64,000 nt of DNA from Lysobacteraceae bacterium. GTDB taxonomy: Bacteria; Pseudomonadota; Gammaproteobacteria; Xanthomonadales; Rhodanobacteraceae. Positions 28,701-38,577 of the stretch are shown one piece after another. The first letter of the stretch is position 1. Every line of letters starts with the position of its first letter. The stretch spans positions 615 to 64,614 of the forward strand of contig JAGWNA010000006.1 in assembly GCA_028871555.1 (NCBI GenBank). The letters run 5' to 3'. A program made the position numbers and the translations under genes. The notes under the pieces are model-generated. The model saw nothing but the letters and a program-made list of their open reading frames with translations, was not told the DNA's origin and did no database searches.

Positions 28701-30297
28701 CGGTGTTGCCACTGACATCGAGCACCGTGCGTGTCAGCGGAACGCGCAGCGCGGTATTCCAGGTGGTGTTCGTCGTGCGTTGTTCGGTGCTTCCCGAGCC
28801 ATCGACCTGCTGATCCAGCAGACCGTTGGCGTCATGGACCATCGTCGTGACGTTGCCGTTGAAGTCCGTGGTCGAGGCTACATAGCCGTTGCTGTCAAAC
28901 GTGGCGGCGGCGTTGGGTTGTCCGCAATCGACACCGCAGGGGGCGCTGACGGTGCTGGCATGCACCGAGCCGTTGGTTACCACGAAACCCAAAGTCGCCT
29001 GTGCCCCGGTCGGGTACGTTACAGAGGACGTGCCGCCGTAGACAATCCGGGTAACGTCAACGCCTCCCGGCAACGTTGACATCACGGCTCGCCCCTGAGC
29101 ATCGTAACCGATGCTAGTAAAACGAGTACCTGCCTCGTCAACGTCCCCCGTTAATGCATTTAGGAAATTTCCACCACTCGTAAGCGCGCTCTCGTTGTAT
29201 ACATACTGACGATAGCCACCATCGGGATAAATCACCTTGGACAAATTTCCGTTAGAGTCATATCCGTAACTCAAGACTCCGCCATCAGGAAGCACTGCCG
29301 ACGCAATCATGCCTCCACTGTTGTAGATCAAGTTTATGGAGCGACCTTGCGCACTCGTAATTGTCAGCAGCAGACCTGCTGATGGCGCTACGTTTGATGG
29401 AGTTGAGGGTGTGCTATATGTATAACTCGTTACCCTCCCATCTGCATCCGTAACGTATAAAAGAACCCCCTTATCACTGTAACGCTCACGGGAGCGAGTG
29501 GTAGCGTCAAAATAGGTCCATCCGGTAATACTTCCGTTTCCGTCTGTCTCTTGCGTGAGAGTGTCGGCAACATCAGGGTCCGGCATCCAGACCCCATTTT
29601 GAAGCGTGAAGCCGAATTGTTTGCCATCAGGGCGATAGGCTGTTATTAAACCTACAGTCCCATCATTCATGATGTCAAGGCTTGCATCAAAGCTATCGCG
29701 CCAATGCGTCCCCGCATGGGAGGAAGCTACTGAAGAATCGCTATTGTAATAGCGATGAAAGTTTAACGATGGAGATTGAAAGTCCACCTCGTCTCTATAC
29801 TCGTTACCTGTCGCCAAATCGATAGGATCCCCCGCGCAGGAACAAGATGGACCGTTCGCTTTTGCCGGTTTCGGCGATGTATCAGGAATGGAGTATGGCC
29901 ACTCTCCGAATAAGAACGTTGAATTATATCGATAATCTATACTATGGATTTGAAACGAATGACCAAACCCATTGTTATATGTGGTTTCAACACAGGTAGG
30001 TGAACCAAAGAAACCATAGTGGCCATATTGGTTATACCACAAATACGCAATGTCATATTCACATAGAGCTAAGGCTGATTCATAACTTGGACCATAGTAC
30101 GTTCGCGACTGAGCATGCGCTGATACCGATACATTGAAGAGCGCAATGACCGCAATCACCGGAAAAAGAAACGTGTCAAGCAGTCTAGTTCTTAATGCGC
30201 TGAAGAGATTGTCATTGCCTTTCGCCGAAACAGCGTTCTTGACTGCAACAACCTTTGATTGCGCGGCATTGCACGAACTTCGCCTAATGATATCCAT
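25726..30297 (-). CDS. RHS/YD-repeat polymorphic toxin with DUF6531-like region and N-terminal signal-like segment
   Basis: GDPIDLATG, many YD repeats, LRYPGQYFDAETGL, PLSYIDPSG core end followed by a variable C-terminus. Confidence 0.95.
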   Translation of the reverse strand: MDIIRRSSCNAAQSKVVAVKNAVSAKGNDNLFSALRTRLLDTFLFPVIAVIALFNVSVSAHAQSRTYYGPSYESALALCEYDIAYLWYNQYGHYGFFGSPTCVETTYNNGFGHSFQIHSIDYRYNSTFLFGEWPYSIPDTSPKPAKANGPSCSCAGDPIDLATGNEYRDEVDFQSPSLNFHRYYNSDSSVASSHAGTHWRDSFDASLDIMNDGTVGLITAYRPDGKQFGFTLQNGVWMPDPDVADTLTQETDGNGSITGWTYFDATTRSRERYSDKGVLLYVTDADGRVTSYTYSTPSTPSNVAPSAGLLLTITSAQGRSINLIYNSGGMIASAVLPDGGVLSYGYDSNGNLSKVIYPDGGYRQYVYNESALTSGGNFLNALTGDVDEAGTRFTSIGYDAQGRAVMSTLPGGVDVTRIVYGGTSSVTYPTGAQATLGFVVTNGSVHASTVSAPCGVDCGQPNAAATFDSNGYVASTTDFNGNVTTMVHDANGLLDQQVDGSGSTEQRTTNTTWNTALRVPLTRTVLDVSGNTVAKTSWVYNTIGQPLARCEIDPAIVAAASYTCVATGTVPAGVRRWTYTYCDTVDSTQCPLVGLLLSVTGPRTDLTQTTTYSYYTDSVATGCGTPGGACHQPGDLYQVTDPLGHVTTIDAYDADGRITRYTDANGAHTDLTYTPRGWLASRSLDGATTRFGYTPYGAVASVTDPDGVATGFTYDAAHRLTDITDAQGNRIHYTLDAAGDKTQEQVYSAAGTVVRSLSRSYNTLGQLTAVVDGLNQTVFSAGYADSYDGNGNLVHSADALGIQRRQGFDALNRLQSTIANYNGTDPATTNTQTAFDHDALDRLDGVADPDGLDTVYTYDGLGNRTQRQSPDTGTSTDTYDAAGNRLTHTDAKGVVSTSTYDALDRLTGTGYVDSTLDVRYAYDEPDTVTGCSGSSPIGRLTRVVEASVSTVYCYDNRGNVIEKQQVATTQTDVTQYAYTAAGRLSRESTPDHTVIAYAYDSDGRISGVQATPSGATTAPPTVVGAITYRPFGPISRYTLGNGQTVTRTYDANDRLTDLTSPALNLHFARDAAGDITALGNAPGANPATETYGYDPLYRLSGISDAGSALESYTYDRTGDRLSKTAAGLATGPYAYTPGTHQLASIGNAARSNDADGNTTASVVGAETFGFSYNGRNRLAAAQRNGQTVATYTYNALGQRLGKEATLPQHLTERYAYDEAGRLIGEYGTLFSGKHPRKKPSKKDIAISRTYVWLGSLPVAVIDNTINGSATDSTVNYVTADPLGTPRAVTDGTGALIWSWAYQGNPFGEQLPTSATGYVLNLRYPGQYFDAETGLMQNGARDYDSASGRFGQADPTGLNGGINPYVYGLNSPLSYIDPSGLQAQTVPAPAPAPSLPPAPNTGPVPNTGVPANDPEFDPEAGPGTVIEACVANPVVCGAVLTVYPTDAGGPQDEAPPDSVNPVVLFPKTRRHIPNQCPVDEDGKEDRCAALYRSSLATCASLTGKKKFMCMAAARKNYEQCMEEE

Positions 30298-30737
30298 GGC
30301 TCATCCATGTTCTAGTAGAATCATGACAGCATACCAACGAACATACTGGGTAGCAATAATTGGAAAAGGGTATGGGGAATCAGGAATGGGGTTGGACTCG
30401 ATCCCTCCAATCTGAATGGCTGTCGCCACCGACAGCTTGGTTTAGAGGATGCCGCCCATCGGCCGAGCCACCAAGTGTTGATCCGCACTTGTGCGAGATC
30501 GTGAACCTGTGTGCCACGACCGCGGCCACTTGGACGCACCGATGGCAACCGACGAGTGTTTGGGAGCGCAAGCTCAAGGGCGTGCAAGCGCCTTAATCCA
30601 GAACGGTGACTGATGCGGGATCATTCCGTAGCCGGCCGAGACCATCGCGGAGACGGCTGATCGAATCAGGGTGTCACACCCGATGCCTGCGACGAGCCGG
30701 GGCGGAGAGCTATGCGCCTGTTGACGCGGACGGTGAA

Positions 30738-30920
30738 ATGGTGAGGACGTTTTGGTCCTATCTTGAAGCCTTGCGTTGGCCGAATGGTCCGAACCAAGTC
30801 GCACTCGCGGAGCTGGGCGGTGGGAAATCGAGCTACATCCAGCCTCCGTCCCGCGGTCAATTTCCATCGAGCTTTTGGGTTCAAGACCAGCAACGCTGCG
30901 ACACTGGACGTGTGGTCGGC
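30738..30920 (+). mobile_element. Degraded IS1595-family transposase fragment
   Basis: YLEALRWPNGP matches the IS1595 N-terminus; frameshifted continuation; no full ORF. Confidence 0.4.
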
Positions 30921-31007
30921 CATTGCCGGAACTGATGTTCAGCCAGACCGCCGGAATATGCACTCTGAGTGCGCGCAGCGAGCATGGATCCGGATGCGCG
31001 GCGCGGC

Positions 31008-31658
31008 TCAGCCGGCCAGCGCCGCGCTGTCGACGATGCCGATCCCGCCGGCGTCCAGCGCCGCGCGCGTGGGCGCGTCGCCGGACGGCGTCACCGGGCG
31101 ACTGAGATCCCACAGCAGGTGTGTGCGAAAGCCCAGCGCGGCGGCGTCCTGCGCCGTCCACAACACGCACACGTCACGCGCCAGCCCGCACACGAAGACC
31201 TCGTCCACGCCGCGCCCGCGCAGCCAGCCGGCCAGCCCGGTATCCGGGCGGTCGCCCTGCGGTCCGACGTTCTCGCGGAAACCGCTGTACGAGTCCACGC
31301 GCGCATCGCTGCCCTTGCGCAGGATCAGGTCCAGCGGCGACCAGTCGATCGCCGGATGCAGCACCGCGCCCGGCGTGCCCTGCACGCAGTGCGCCGGCCA
31401 CAGGGTCTGCGGCTGGCCGTACAGCCGGATCTGGGCGAACGGGGCCAGGCCCGGATGCGCGTCGACGAACGATGTGTGCTCGCGCGGGTGCCAATCCTGC
31501 GTGGCCACCACATGGCGGAACGCCTGGCGTCGCAGCAGCGCATCGATGCCCGGCACGATCGCATCGCCCTGATGGCAGGCCAGCGTGCCGCCGGGCATGA
31601 AATCCGGCTGCACGTCGACGACGATCAGGGCGGCTTGGGGCGAAATCATGGGCTGCAT
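31008..31658 (-). CDS. pncA: Nicotinamidase/pyrazinamidase
   Basis: VDVQPDFMPGG, TQDWHP, WPAHCVQGT, DSYSGF, GLARDVCV. Confidence 0.93.
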   Translation of the reverse strand: MQPMISPQAALIVVDVQPDFMPGGTLACHQGDAIVPGIDALLRRQAFRHVVATQDWHPREHTSFVDAHPGLAPFAQIRLYGQPQTLWPAHCVQGTPGAVLHPAIDWSPLDLILRKGSDARVDSYSGFRENVGPQGDRPDTGLAGWLRGRGVDEVFVCGLARDVCVLWTAQDAAALGFRTHLLWDLSRPVTPSGDAPTRAALDAGGIGIVDSAALAG

Positions 31659-31761
31659 GGCTGGAAATTCATGCCGGAGACGTGGCGAAAGTCTAACGCC
31701 GGCCGGCCACTGTCCGCAGCCGTGCATAATGCCGCAACGACAGGCGAGGCAGGCGAACCCG

Positions 31762-32148
31762 ATGCACTACGACCAGACATGGATGGGCGACGGCTGGATC
31801 GGCGCCCTGCAGGCCGGGTTGATTTCCGCGCTGGCGGGCCTGCTGCTGTCCGGCGTGTTCCACTGGCTGGGCCGGCGCCAGGGCTGGGGCGCGGGCTTGC
31901 AGATCGGCTGGTCGTTCCTGCTGGCGACGCTGCTGACCGCCAGCGGCGACCTGTGGGACCTGTTCTATTTCAACTACGCGCGACTGCAGTCGCTGCAGCT
32001 GCTGCGGGCGAAGCTGGCGCTGGTGCACGATCCGGAGCACATCGGCACGCGGGTGCTGTGCGAACTGCTTGGCGTGACCGTGGGCATCTATGCAGGATGG
32101 TTCCTGGGCAAAGGCGACTGGCGGCGACGCTTCATCAAGCGCCGATAA
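31762..32148 (+). CDS. Small membrane protein
   Basis: Three hydrophobic segments; fills the gap between genes. Confidence 0.7.
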   Translation: MHYDQTWMGDGWIGALQAGLISALAGLLLSGVFHWLGRRQGWGAGLQIGWSFLLATLLTASGDLWDLFYFNYARLQSLQLLRAKLALVHDPEHIGTRVLCELLGVTVGIYAGWFLGKGDWRRRFIKRR

Positions 32149-32235
32149 CGCACGTTGCAAACGGTAGTTGCCGAAGCGACACCGGCGGCACCGTCTGCCC
32201 GACGCGGACCGCGGCGTGACGGCATGGCGCCGCCG

Positions 32236-33618
32236 TCACAGCAGCGGATCGAACAGCCGCGCCACGTGCATCGCCACCCGGCGCAGGTAAGGCGCATCGT
32301 GGTATTCGCGGTGGTCGATGGCAATCGCGCGGGCGAAGTCCGCCACCAGCATTGCGGCCACCTCGGCGGCAAACGCCCGGTCGACGATCAGTGCGCTGAC
32401 CTCGAAATTGAGCCGGAACGAACGGCTGTCGAGGTTCATGCTGCCGATCGCCGCGCTGTCGTGGTCGATCAGCAACGCCTTCTGGTGCAGGAAGCCGGGC
32501 TGGTAGCGGAACACGCGGATGCCGGCGCGCAGCGCATGGTGGGCGTGCAGCGTGGAGGCGAGAAACACGGTACGGTGGTCCGGTCGCGCCGGAATCAGCA
32601 CGCGCACATCGACGCCGCGCAGCACCGCCAGCTGCAGTGCGTCCAGTACCGCCCGGTCGGGCACGAAGTAGGGCGTGCTCAGCCACAGCCGCTCGCGCGC
32701 CGCATTGATCGCGGCGGTGAAAAACAGCGAGCCGGTTTCCTGTCGGTCGGCCGGCCCGCTGGCGACCAGCAGCACGTTGGCGTCGCCGTCGCAGGGGGCC
32801 GGCGCCAGCGACGGCAGTGGCGTGCCGGTGATCCATTGCCAGTCATCGGAAAACAGTTGCCGCAGGTCGGCCACCACCGGGCCCTGCATCTTCAGCTGGG
32901 TATCGCGCCAGGGCGCCAGCGGCGGTTTCAGGCCCAGGTATTCGTCGCCGACGTTGAGCCCGCCGATGAACCCGCACACGCCGTCCACCACCACGATCTT
33001 GCGGTGGTTGCGGAAATTGAGCTGGAAGCGGTTGCGCCAGCGATGGGTCGCGAACGGGTGGACCGCCACCCCGCCGGCGCGCAGCGTGTCCACGTAATGC
33101 CGCGGCAAGGCGTGGCTGCCGACGCTGTCGAAGAGCACGCAGACCGCCACGCCGGCCGCCGCCCGCTCCAGCAGCAACTGCTGCAGGCGGCGGCCGAGCC
33201 GGTCGTCGTGAATCACGAAGAACTGCACCAGCAGGCTCTGTCTGGCTGCAGTCATGGCGCTGAACATGGCTTCGAACGCGGCCACCCCATCGATCAACAG
33301 CTGCAGTCGGTGGCCGCCGCGGAAGTCGTGCCCCAGCATCGCCGCGATCGCGGCATAGCGCACGCAGACCGGATGGGGGATGTCCGACAGCGGTGCGGGT
33401 TGCGGCACACGTGCCCGATGCGCGCTCCATTTGCCGCGGAACCGGCTGGTGCCGAGGTACAGGTAGGGGACCAGGGTGAGGTACGGCAGCAGCACCAGCC
33501 CCAGTGCCCAGGCGATCGCGCCCTGCGGGGTGCGCGTATGCACCACGGCGTGCATGGCGGTGAACACGCCCACGATGTGCAGCAGCAGGGCGAACAGGGC
33601 GAGCAGGCTGAACAGCAT
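32236..33618 (-). CDS. cls: Cardiolipin synthase
   Basis: N-terminal PLDc_N transmembrane hairpin; two HKD motifs (NHRKIVVVD, LHQKALLID). Confidence 0.93.
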   Translation of the reverse strand: MLFSLLALFALLLHIVGVFTAMHAVVHTRTPQGAIAWALGLVLLPYLTLVPYLYLGTSRFRGKWSAHRARVPQPAPLSDIPHPVCVRYAAIAAMLGHDFRGGHRLQLLIDGVAAFEAMFSAMTAARQSLLVQFFVIHDDRLGRRLQQLLLERAAAGVAVCVLFDSVGSHALPRHYVDTLRAGGVAVHPFATHRWRNRFQLNFRNHRKIVVVDGVCGFIGGLNVGDEYLGLKPPLAPWRDTQLKMQGPVVADLRQLFSDDWQWITGTPLPSLAPAPCDGDANVLLVASGPADRQETGSLFFTAAINAARERLWLSTPYFVPDRAVLDALQLAVLRGVDVRVLIPARPDHRTVFLASTLHAHHALRAGIRVFRYQPGFLHQKALLIDHDSAAIGSMNLDSRSFRLNFEVSALIVDRAFAAEVAAMLVADFARAIAIDHREYHDAPYLRRVAMHVARLFDPLL

Positions 33619-33631
33619 GGGCGAGATCCGT

Positions 33632-34993
33632 TCAGTCGGCCAGCAATTGATCGGCCAGGGAGCGCGCCTGCTGGCTGATTTCGGGCATCGCGATGGATTC
33701 CCACCGGGTGCCGCGCAGCAGGCTGCCGATGGCGAACAGGTTTGGCCAGTACTGGCCGTCGTGCAGCAGCCGGCCCTCGGTGCCGGCCTGCATGCCCATG
33801 CCGAGCGGATCCGGTGTGACATGCGCATTGGTGACCAGCTGGCGCACCAGTGGATGATCGGTCCGGCTGACGTCCAGGCTCAGGCCGGTGGCCTGGATCA
33901 CCAGGTCGGCACGCATGCTCTGCATGGCGCCCGCGCGTGCCAGTGTCAGCTGCAGCGCATCGCCGGCGAGGTCCACCGCCTGCACGTATCCGGGCCTGCG
34001 TTGCAGCCGGCCGGTCTGTTCGAGCGCGGCGATCGTTCTGCACACCTGTGGCGGCATGCGGTGCCTGGCACGCTCCCAGGCCCAGCGCAAATGGCGCAGG
34101 AAGCGTGCGCGTTGGGTGCTCGGCAGCTCATGCCATAGCCCGGGTGTATGCGGCCGCAGGCTGTCGATGACGGTGCGCCAGTCGGCACCTTGCCGGGTCG
34201 CCTCGCGCACCAGGCGAAGCCAGTGGCGGATATCCGGTGCCTCGCGCATCGATTCGACCAGTTCGGCGCTGTCGCCGAAGGGTACGGCAGCCGTGTTCAG
34301 ATGTGCCTCGGGCAGCAGGCCGTGGCGCGAGATCGCGGTGAATTCGGCCCGTGGCCATTGCGCCGAGAGCTCCAGCAGCACGTCCACCGCGGTCAGCCCG
34401 AGTCCGATCAGTGCCACCTTGCGTGGCGATGGATCGACGTCGGCGCCGGCCAGCAGGGGCCACGGGTCGACCACGTAGCGGCCGCTGGCCAGCGCATCCG
34501 CGCTGACGCCGTCCAGCGGTTGCGGCGGCAGCGCACCCAGTGCCAGTACGGCCGCGCCGACGCAACGGGCTCTTTCGCCGCAGACCACGGTGACCTTGTC
34601 CGGCTCGGGCACCAGCGCGTCGACCGCCAGCGGAATGACGTGCACGTCGTGGCCATGGATCGTGCCCTGGCGCAGCGCGTGCGCCACTTCGGCTTCCAGG
34701 TAATCGCCATAGCGGAAGCGCGGCAGGAAGTCGGTGCCGGCGATGGATGGATCGTCGCGCTGGACGAAATCCAGGAAGCCGCGCGGCTTGCCGGCGAACA
34801 TGCTCATCGAGGCTGCGCGCACGTTGAGCAGATGGCGTGGCGAGCGGGTGCCATAGGCGACCCCGCGCGCCTGCGCGGCGCAGCCGGTGTACCAGTCCAG
34901 ATGCAGCATCCGTGGCGGGCGGCGTCCCAGCAGTTCGCTGAGCAAGGTGGCGGCTGCGGCGCCGCCGCCGATGATGGCGACCCGTTGAAACAT
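33632..34993 (-). CDS. FAD/NAD(P)-binding protein
   Basis: VAIIGGG, GVAYGT...HLLNV..MS, GLGLTAVD, FAIGSLLRG..WESIA. Confidence 0.85.
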   Translation of the reverse strand: MFQRVAIIGGGAAAATLLSELLGRRPPRMLHLDWYTGCAAQARGVAYGTRSPRHLLNVRAASMSMFAGKPRGFLDFVQRDDPSIAGTDFLPRFRYGDYLEAEVAHALRQGTIHGHDVHVIPLAVDALVPEPDKVTVVCGERARCVGAAVLALGALPPQPLDGVSADALASGRYVVDPWPLLAGADVDPSPRKVALIGLGLTAVDVLLELSAQWPRAEFTAISRHGLLPEAHLNTAAVPFGDSAELVESMREAPDIRHWLRLVREATRQGADWRTVIDSLRPHTPGLWHELPSTQRARFLRHLRWAWERARHRMPPQVCRTIAALEQTGRLQRRPGYVQAVDLAGDALQLTLARAGAMQSMRADLVIQATGLSLDVSRTDHPLVRQLVTNAHVTPDPLGMGMQAGTEGRLLHDGQYWPNLFAIGSLLRGTRWESIAMPEISQQARSLADQLLAD

Positions 34994-35444
34994 GGAACTC
35001 CTCGAACGCGTGATGGAGTCGTGTGGCCCGGACGTGCAGACGATCAACGATAGCGGTTCGTGCGAGTGCGCAATCCGGCGGGCAACCAAAGTCCGGCCGT
35101 CTTCCGGCGCGCAGGCAAGTTACTGTGCCAGATCGCTGCCGCCGGCGTGAAGTGCGGGCCATGTCATGCTTCAGGCCGGTGCGGGCCGGACGCGCGATCG
35201 CGAGTGGAACAGGCGTATGGTTAATTTCGCGTGAGCCGGCGAGGTCAAGGCCCGCCAGGCCGTTCCGCCGGGTATTGCCTGCAGGCAGGATTCCTGTTCC
35301 CGGGATGCCGGGGGTTCGCGGACGGTCGTGGGCGCCGGCTCGAACCTTCGTCCGCGCGCCTGCGTCCCGGCTGGGGCGGGCATCGACGTGCCGGCCGGTT
35401 CCGGGGGTGGCCGGCGAAAGTCCGACCGGCTGCTTGCGGTGTGG

Positions 35445-36116
35445 CTACTGCGCGCGCAGATCGAAACTTATCGGCACCCGCGCCCACGCCCGAACCGGCC
35501 GCCCGTGGACCTGCGCCGGCTGGAAGCGCCACGATGCCAGTACCTGTTCGCGCGCGCTGCGGTCGAGCAGGGGGTAACCGCTGCTGCGTTCCACCACCAC
35601 CTCGATCGGCTTGCCACCGGCATCCACCAGTACGCGCAGCAGCACGGTGCCCTGCATCCGCTGGCGCAAAGCCTCGATCGGAAAGCGCAGCGGTGCCGAA
35701 CGGTAGGCCAGGCTGGCCTCGACCGGCGGCGGTGGCGCGGCTGCATGCGGCATGGCATCGGCTGGCGCCGGCGTCGGTACGCTGTTGGCGGGCATCGCGG
35801 TTCGTCCGGTCGTGACCGGTACCGTCGGCGGTGCGGTTGGCGCGGTCGGCCGCAGGCGGGTCCGTGGCAGGGTTGCCGGGTGCGGCAGGGGTTTGAGCAC
35901 GATCGGTGGCGGCGGTGGCGACACTGCCGGTGGGTCGATCAAGCGCAGCCACTGAACCGGGCTGGGCCGCCCGGCCGTGAAGCGCCACGCCGAAGTGATC
36001 GGCCGCGAGGCGATCACGATAACGGCAAGGTTGAGCGCGATCGCGGCGCTGATGGCGACGATACGCGTCGTGTCGGGGTGGGCATGCTGGGCGACGGCCA
36101 GGTTTGCGGACGACAT
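35445..36116 (-). CDS. tonB: Energy transducer TonB
   Basis: N-terminal TM, Pro-rich linker, GTVLLRVLVDAGG...SSGYPLLDRSA...WRFQP. Confidence 0.88.
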   Translation of the reverse strand: MSSANLAVAQHAHPDTTRIVAISAAIALNLAVIVIASRPITSAWRFTAGRPSPVQWLRLIDPPAVSPPPPPIVLKPLPHPATLPRTRLRPTAPTAPPTVPVTTGRTAMPANSVPTPAPADAMPHAAAPPPPVEASLAYRSAPLRFPIEALRQRMQGTVLLRVLVDAGGKPIEVVVERSSGYPLLDRSAREQVLASWRFQPAQVHGRPVRAWARVPISFDLRAQ

Positions 36117-36441
36117 GGGCGACCTCCTGACGGCAGTTTCGGATGTTGCGGCAGCCACGCTGCATCTCCGGCGAGATGCAATCGACCGGCCGCAATTGCA
36201 GCGTATGCCGGTTGTGCAGCATCGCGCAAGTGGACGGCTGGACGGCTGGACGGCCAAACGAAAACACATCGCGGATTTTGCCGATTGCGCAGACGTTCGC
36301 GGTACCGCGATAACCGCGCGCGCACGACCGGGACAGGGCATCGGCGTGGAGGGGTTTCATTGCGGTATGCCGCGCAGTTCAGCATCGGTCTGCAATAATC
36401 CGGTTCCGGCAACGGGCCGAAGTCATTGCGGAGCTGACGAC

Positions 36442-36882
36442 ATGAGCATGGTCAAATGGGCTGGGGTGGTCGCGCTGGCATGTGCCGGCTTGCTGGCAGC
36501 GGTGCCGGCGCGGGCGGCCGGTGAAATTTCCTGCAGGATGAATTTCCAGCTGTCCGGCTGGTCGATCTTCTACAAGACCGCCAGTGGCTCCGGCACGGTC
36601 AGCTGCAGCAACGGCCAGAGCATGCACGTGCATCTGCGCGCCAAGGGCGGCGGCCTCACCTTCGGCAAGACCCGCATCGATCACGGCGTCGGCAAGTTCA
36701 CCGGGGTCGGGAACATCCGCGAGATCCTCGGCCACTACGCCAATGCCGAGGCCCACGCCGGCGCCGAGAAGTCGGCCGACGCCCAGGTGGTGACCAAGGG
36801 CAACGTATCGCTGGCGCTCAGCGGCAAGGGCCGCGGCTGGAACCTCGGGGTGGCGTTCGGCGCCTTCATCATCGAACAATGA
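36442..36882 (+). CDS. Exported hypothetical protein
   Basis: Signal peptide ending ARA; CRMNFQLSGWS...GSGTVSCSNG beta-rich body. Confidence 0.75.
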   Translation: MSMVKWAGVVALACAGLLAAVPARAAGEISCRMNFQLSGWSIFYKTASGSGTVSCSNGQSMHVHLRAKGGGLTFGKTRIDHGVGKFTGVGNIREILGHYANAEAHAGAEKSADAQVVTKGNVSLALSGKGRGWNLGVAFGAFIIEQ

Positions 36883-36898
36883 TCGTGCGTGCATTGCC

Positions 36899-37282
36899 AT
36901 GCGCGATTCGCTTTGTGCCGGCGTGAACAAGCCGGCGGTGCTCGATGCCATGCGCCGCGATCTCGAAGACGCGGCCACCCACTTGGGCAGGCCGCACGAC
37001 CTGCGCTTCAAGGCGATGTTCGGCGGCCTGATGGCGTATCTCGACGGGAAACCCTGTGCCTGGCTGACGGCCGGCGGGCTGGCCTTGAAGGTGGCGCCGG
37101 CCGATCAGCGGACGCTGCTGCAACTCGATGGCGCCGCGCGCTTGATCGCCAAGCCGGGTGCGGCGCCGAGCCGGCACTTCATCCTGCTGCCCGCGGCGCT
37201 GCGCCGCGATACCGGGCAGTTGGCCGGCTGGCTGGCACGCAGCGCGGCCCACACGGCGACCAAGCCGGTGGCGCGCCGCTGA
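36899..37282 (+). CDS. TfoX N-terminal domain protein
   Basis: FKAMFGG.MAYLDGK...GLALK motif. Confidence 0.75.
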   Translation: MRDSLCAGVNKPAVLDAMRRDLEDAATHLGRPHDLRFKAMFGGLMAYLDGKPCAWLTAGGLALKVAPADQRTLLQLDGAARLIAKPGAAPSRHFILLPAALRRDTGQLAGWLARSAAHTATKPVARR

Positions 37283-37376
37283 TTTCCATGTGGATCCTGT
37301 ACAGGCATTTCGGCAGCGGCCCGGACGCACCGGCGTCGATCCAGCGTCGAATCAGGGCCGTCGCGGCCCCGCCGGC

Positions 37377-38153
37377 TCATTTTTCGACGAAGGCCCGTTC
37401 GATCACGTAGTCGCCCGGCTCGCGGGTGCGCGGCGAGGCATGGAAACCGCGCCCGTCGAGCAGGGCGCGCAGGTCGTCCAGCATCGCCGGGCTGCCGCAC
37501 AGCATCACGCGGTCGGTGGCTGGATCGAGCGGCGGCAGGCCGCAGGCCGTGCTCATCGCGTCATTGACGATCGCATCGGTGATGCGGCCGCGGTTGCGAA
37601 AGGGTTCGCGGGTGACGGTGGGGTAGTAGATCAGCTTCTCGCGCACCAGCGCGCCGAGGTATTCGTGCTGCGGCAGTTCGCGCTCGAGGTAATCGGCATA
37701 GGCCAGGTCGGCGACTTCGCGCACGCCGTGGGCCAGCACGATCCGTTCGAAGCGCGCGTAGGTTTCCGGATCGCGGATGACGCTCAGGAACGGCGCCAGT
37801 CCGGTGCCGGTGCCGAGCAGGTACAGATGCCTGCCGGGCTTGAGATCGTCGAGCACCAGCGTGCCGGTGGGCTTGCGGCTGACGATCAGCGGGTCGCCGG
37901 GCTTGAGGTGCTGCAGGCGCGAGGTGAGCGGGCCGTCGGGCACCTTGATCGAGAAGAACTCCAGGTGCTCCTCCCAGTTCGCGCTGGCGATCGAATAGGC
38001 GCGCATCAGCGGACGGTTGCCGGCCTCCAGCCCGATCATCACGAACTGGCCGCTGTCGAAGCGGAAGCCGGGATCGCGCGTGGTGCGGAAACTGAAAAGG
38101 CTGTCGTTCCAGTGATGCACGTCGATCACGCGCTCGGTCGCCAGTGCCACCAT
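37377..38153 (-). CDS. fpr: Ferredoxin--NADP+ reductase
   Basis: HHWNDSLFSF, RAYSIAS, FFSIKVPDGPLTSRL, GTGLAPF, MLCGS, FVEK. Confidence 0.95.
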   Translation of the reverse strand: MVALATERVIDVHHWNDSLFSFRTTRDPGFRFDSGQFVMIGLEAGNRPLMRAYSIASANWEEHLEFFSIKVPDGPLTSRLQHLKPGDPLIVSRKPTGTLVLDDLKPGRHLYLLGTGTGLAPFLSVIRDPETYARFERIVLAHGVREVADLAYADYLERELPQHEYLGALVREKLIYYPTVTREPFRNRGRITDAIVNDAMSTACGLPPLDPATDRVMLCGSPAMLDDLRALLDGRGFHASPRTREPGDYVIERAFVEK

Positions 38154-38577
38154 GTCGGTTGTCTCGATGTTGTTGCCGTATCGGGCACGGCGGGTCGCGC
38201 CCGGCCATCCGGCGAAGCCGCAGGCGAGACTCGCGGGCAGGGTGGCGATGCCGCCGTGCCTTGCGAGTGCCGGGAGAGCCGCGGCGGCAAACGCCTATTC
38301 TAGCAGCCTGTCGGACCGTTGGTCGGCCGGGCTACGAATCCGTCTGTGCCCGGCCGACCGGCCGGGTAGCGGTGGCCGGCGGCATCGGGGTGCCGGGCAG
38401 GGACAGCGCGATCATCCAGGGCACAAGGCGTGCACCCCGGCTTCCCGGCCAGTGGCGGGCTTCGGGAAAATCATCGCGCACAACACTCGTCCGGCGGCTT
38501 GCCGTAAGCGGCAACCCTGCGTCGACGTTCGCACCGCGCCCGTCGACGATCGATCAAGACGGCTTGCGCCGTACCGG

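Noticed and set aside
25726-30297. RHS toxin as cargo of the injection system
   Set aside because: It lies about 10 kb away on the opposite strand, separated by housekeeping genes, with its own signal-like N-terminus and no DUF4157 or PAAR.
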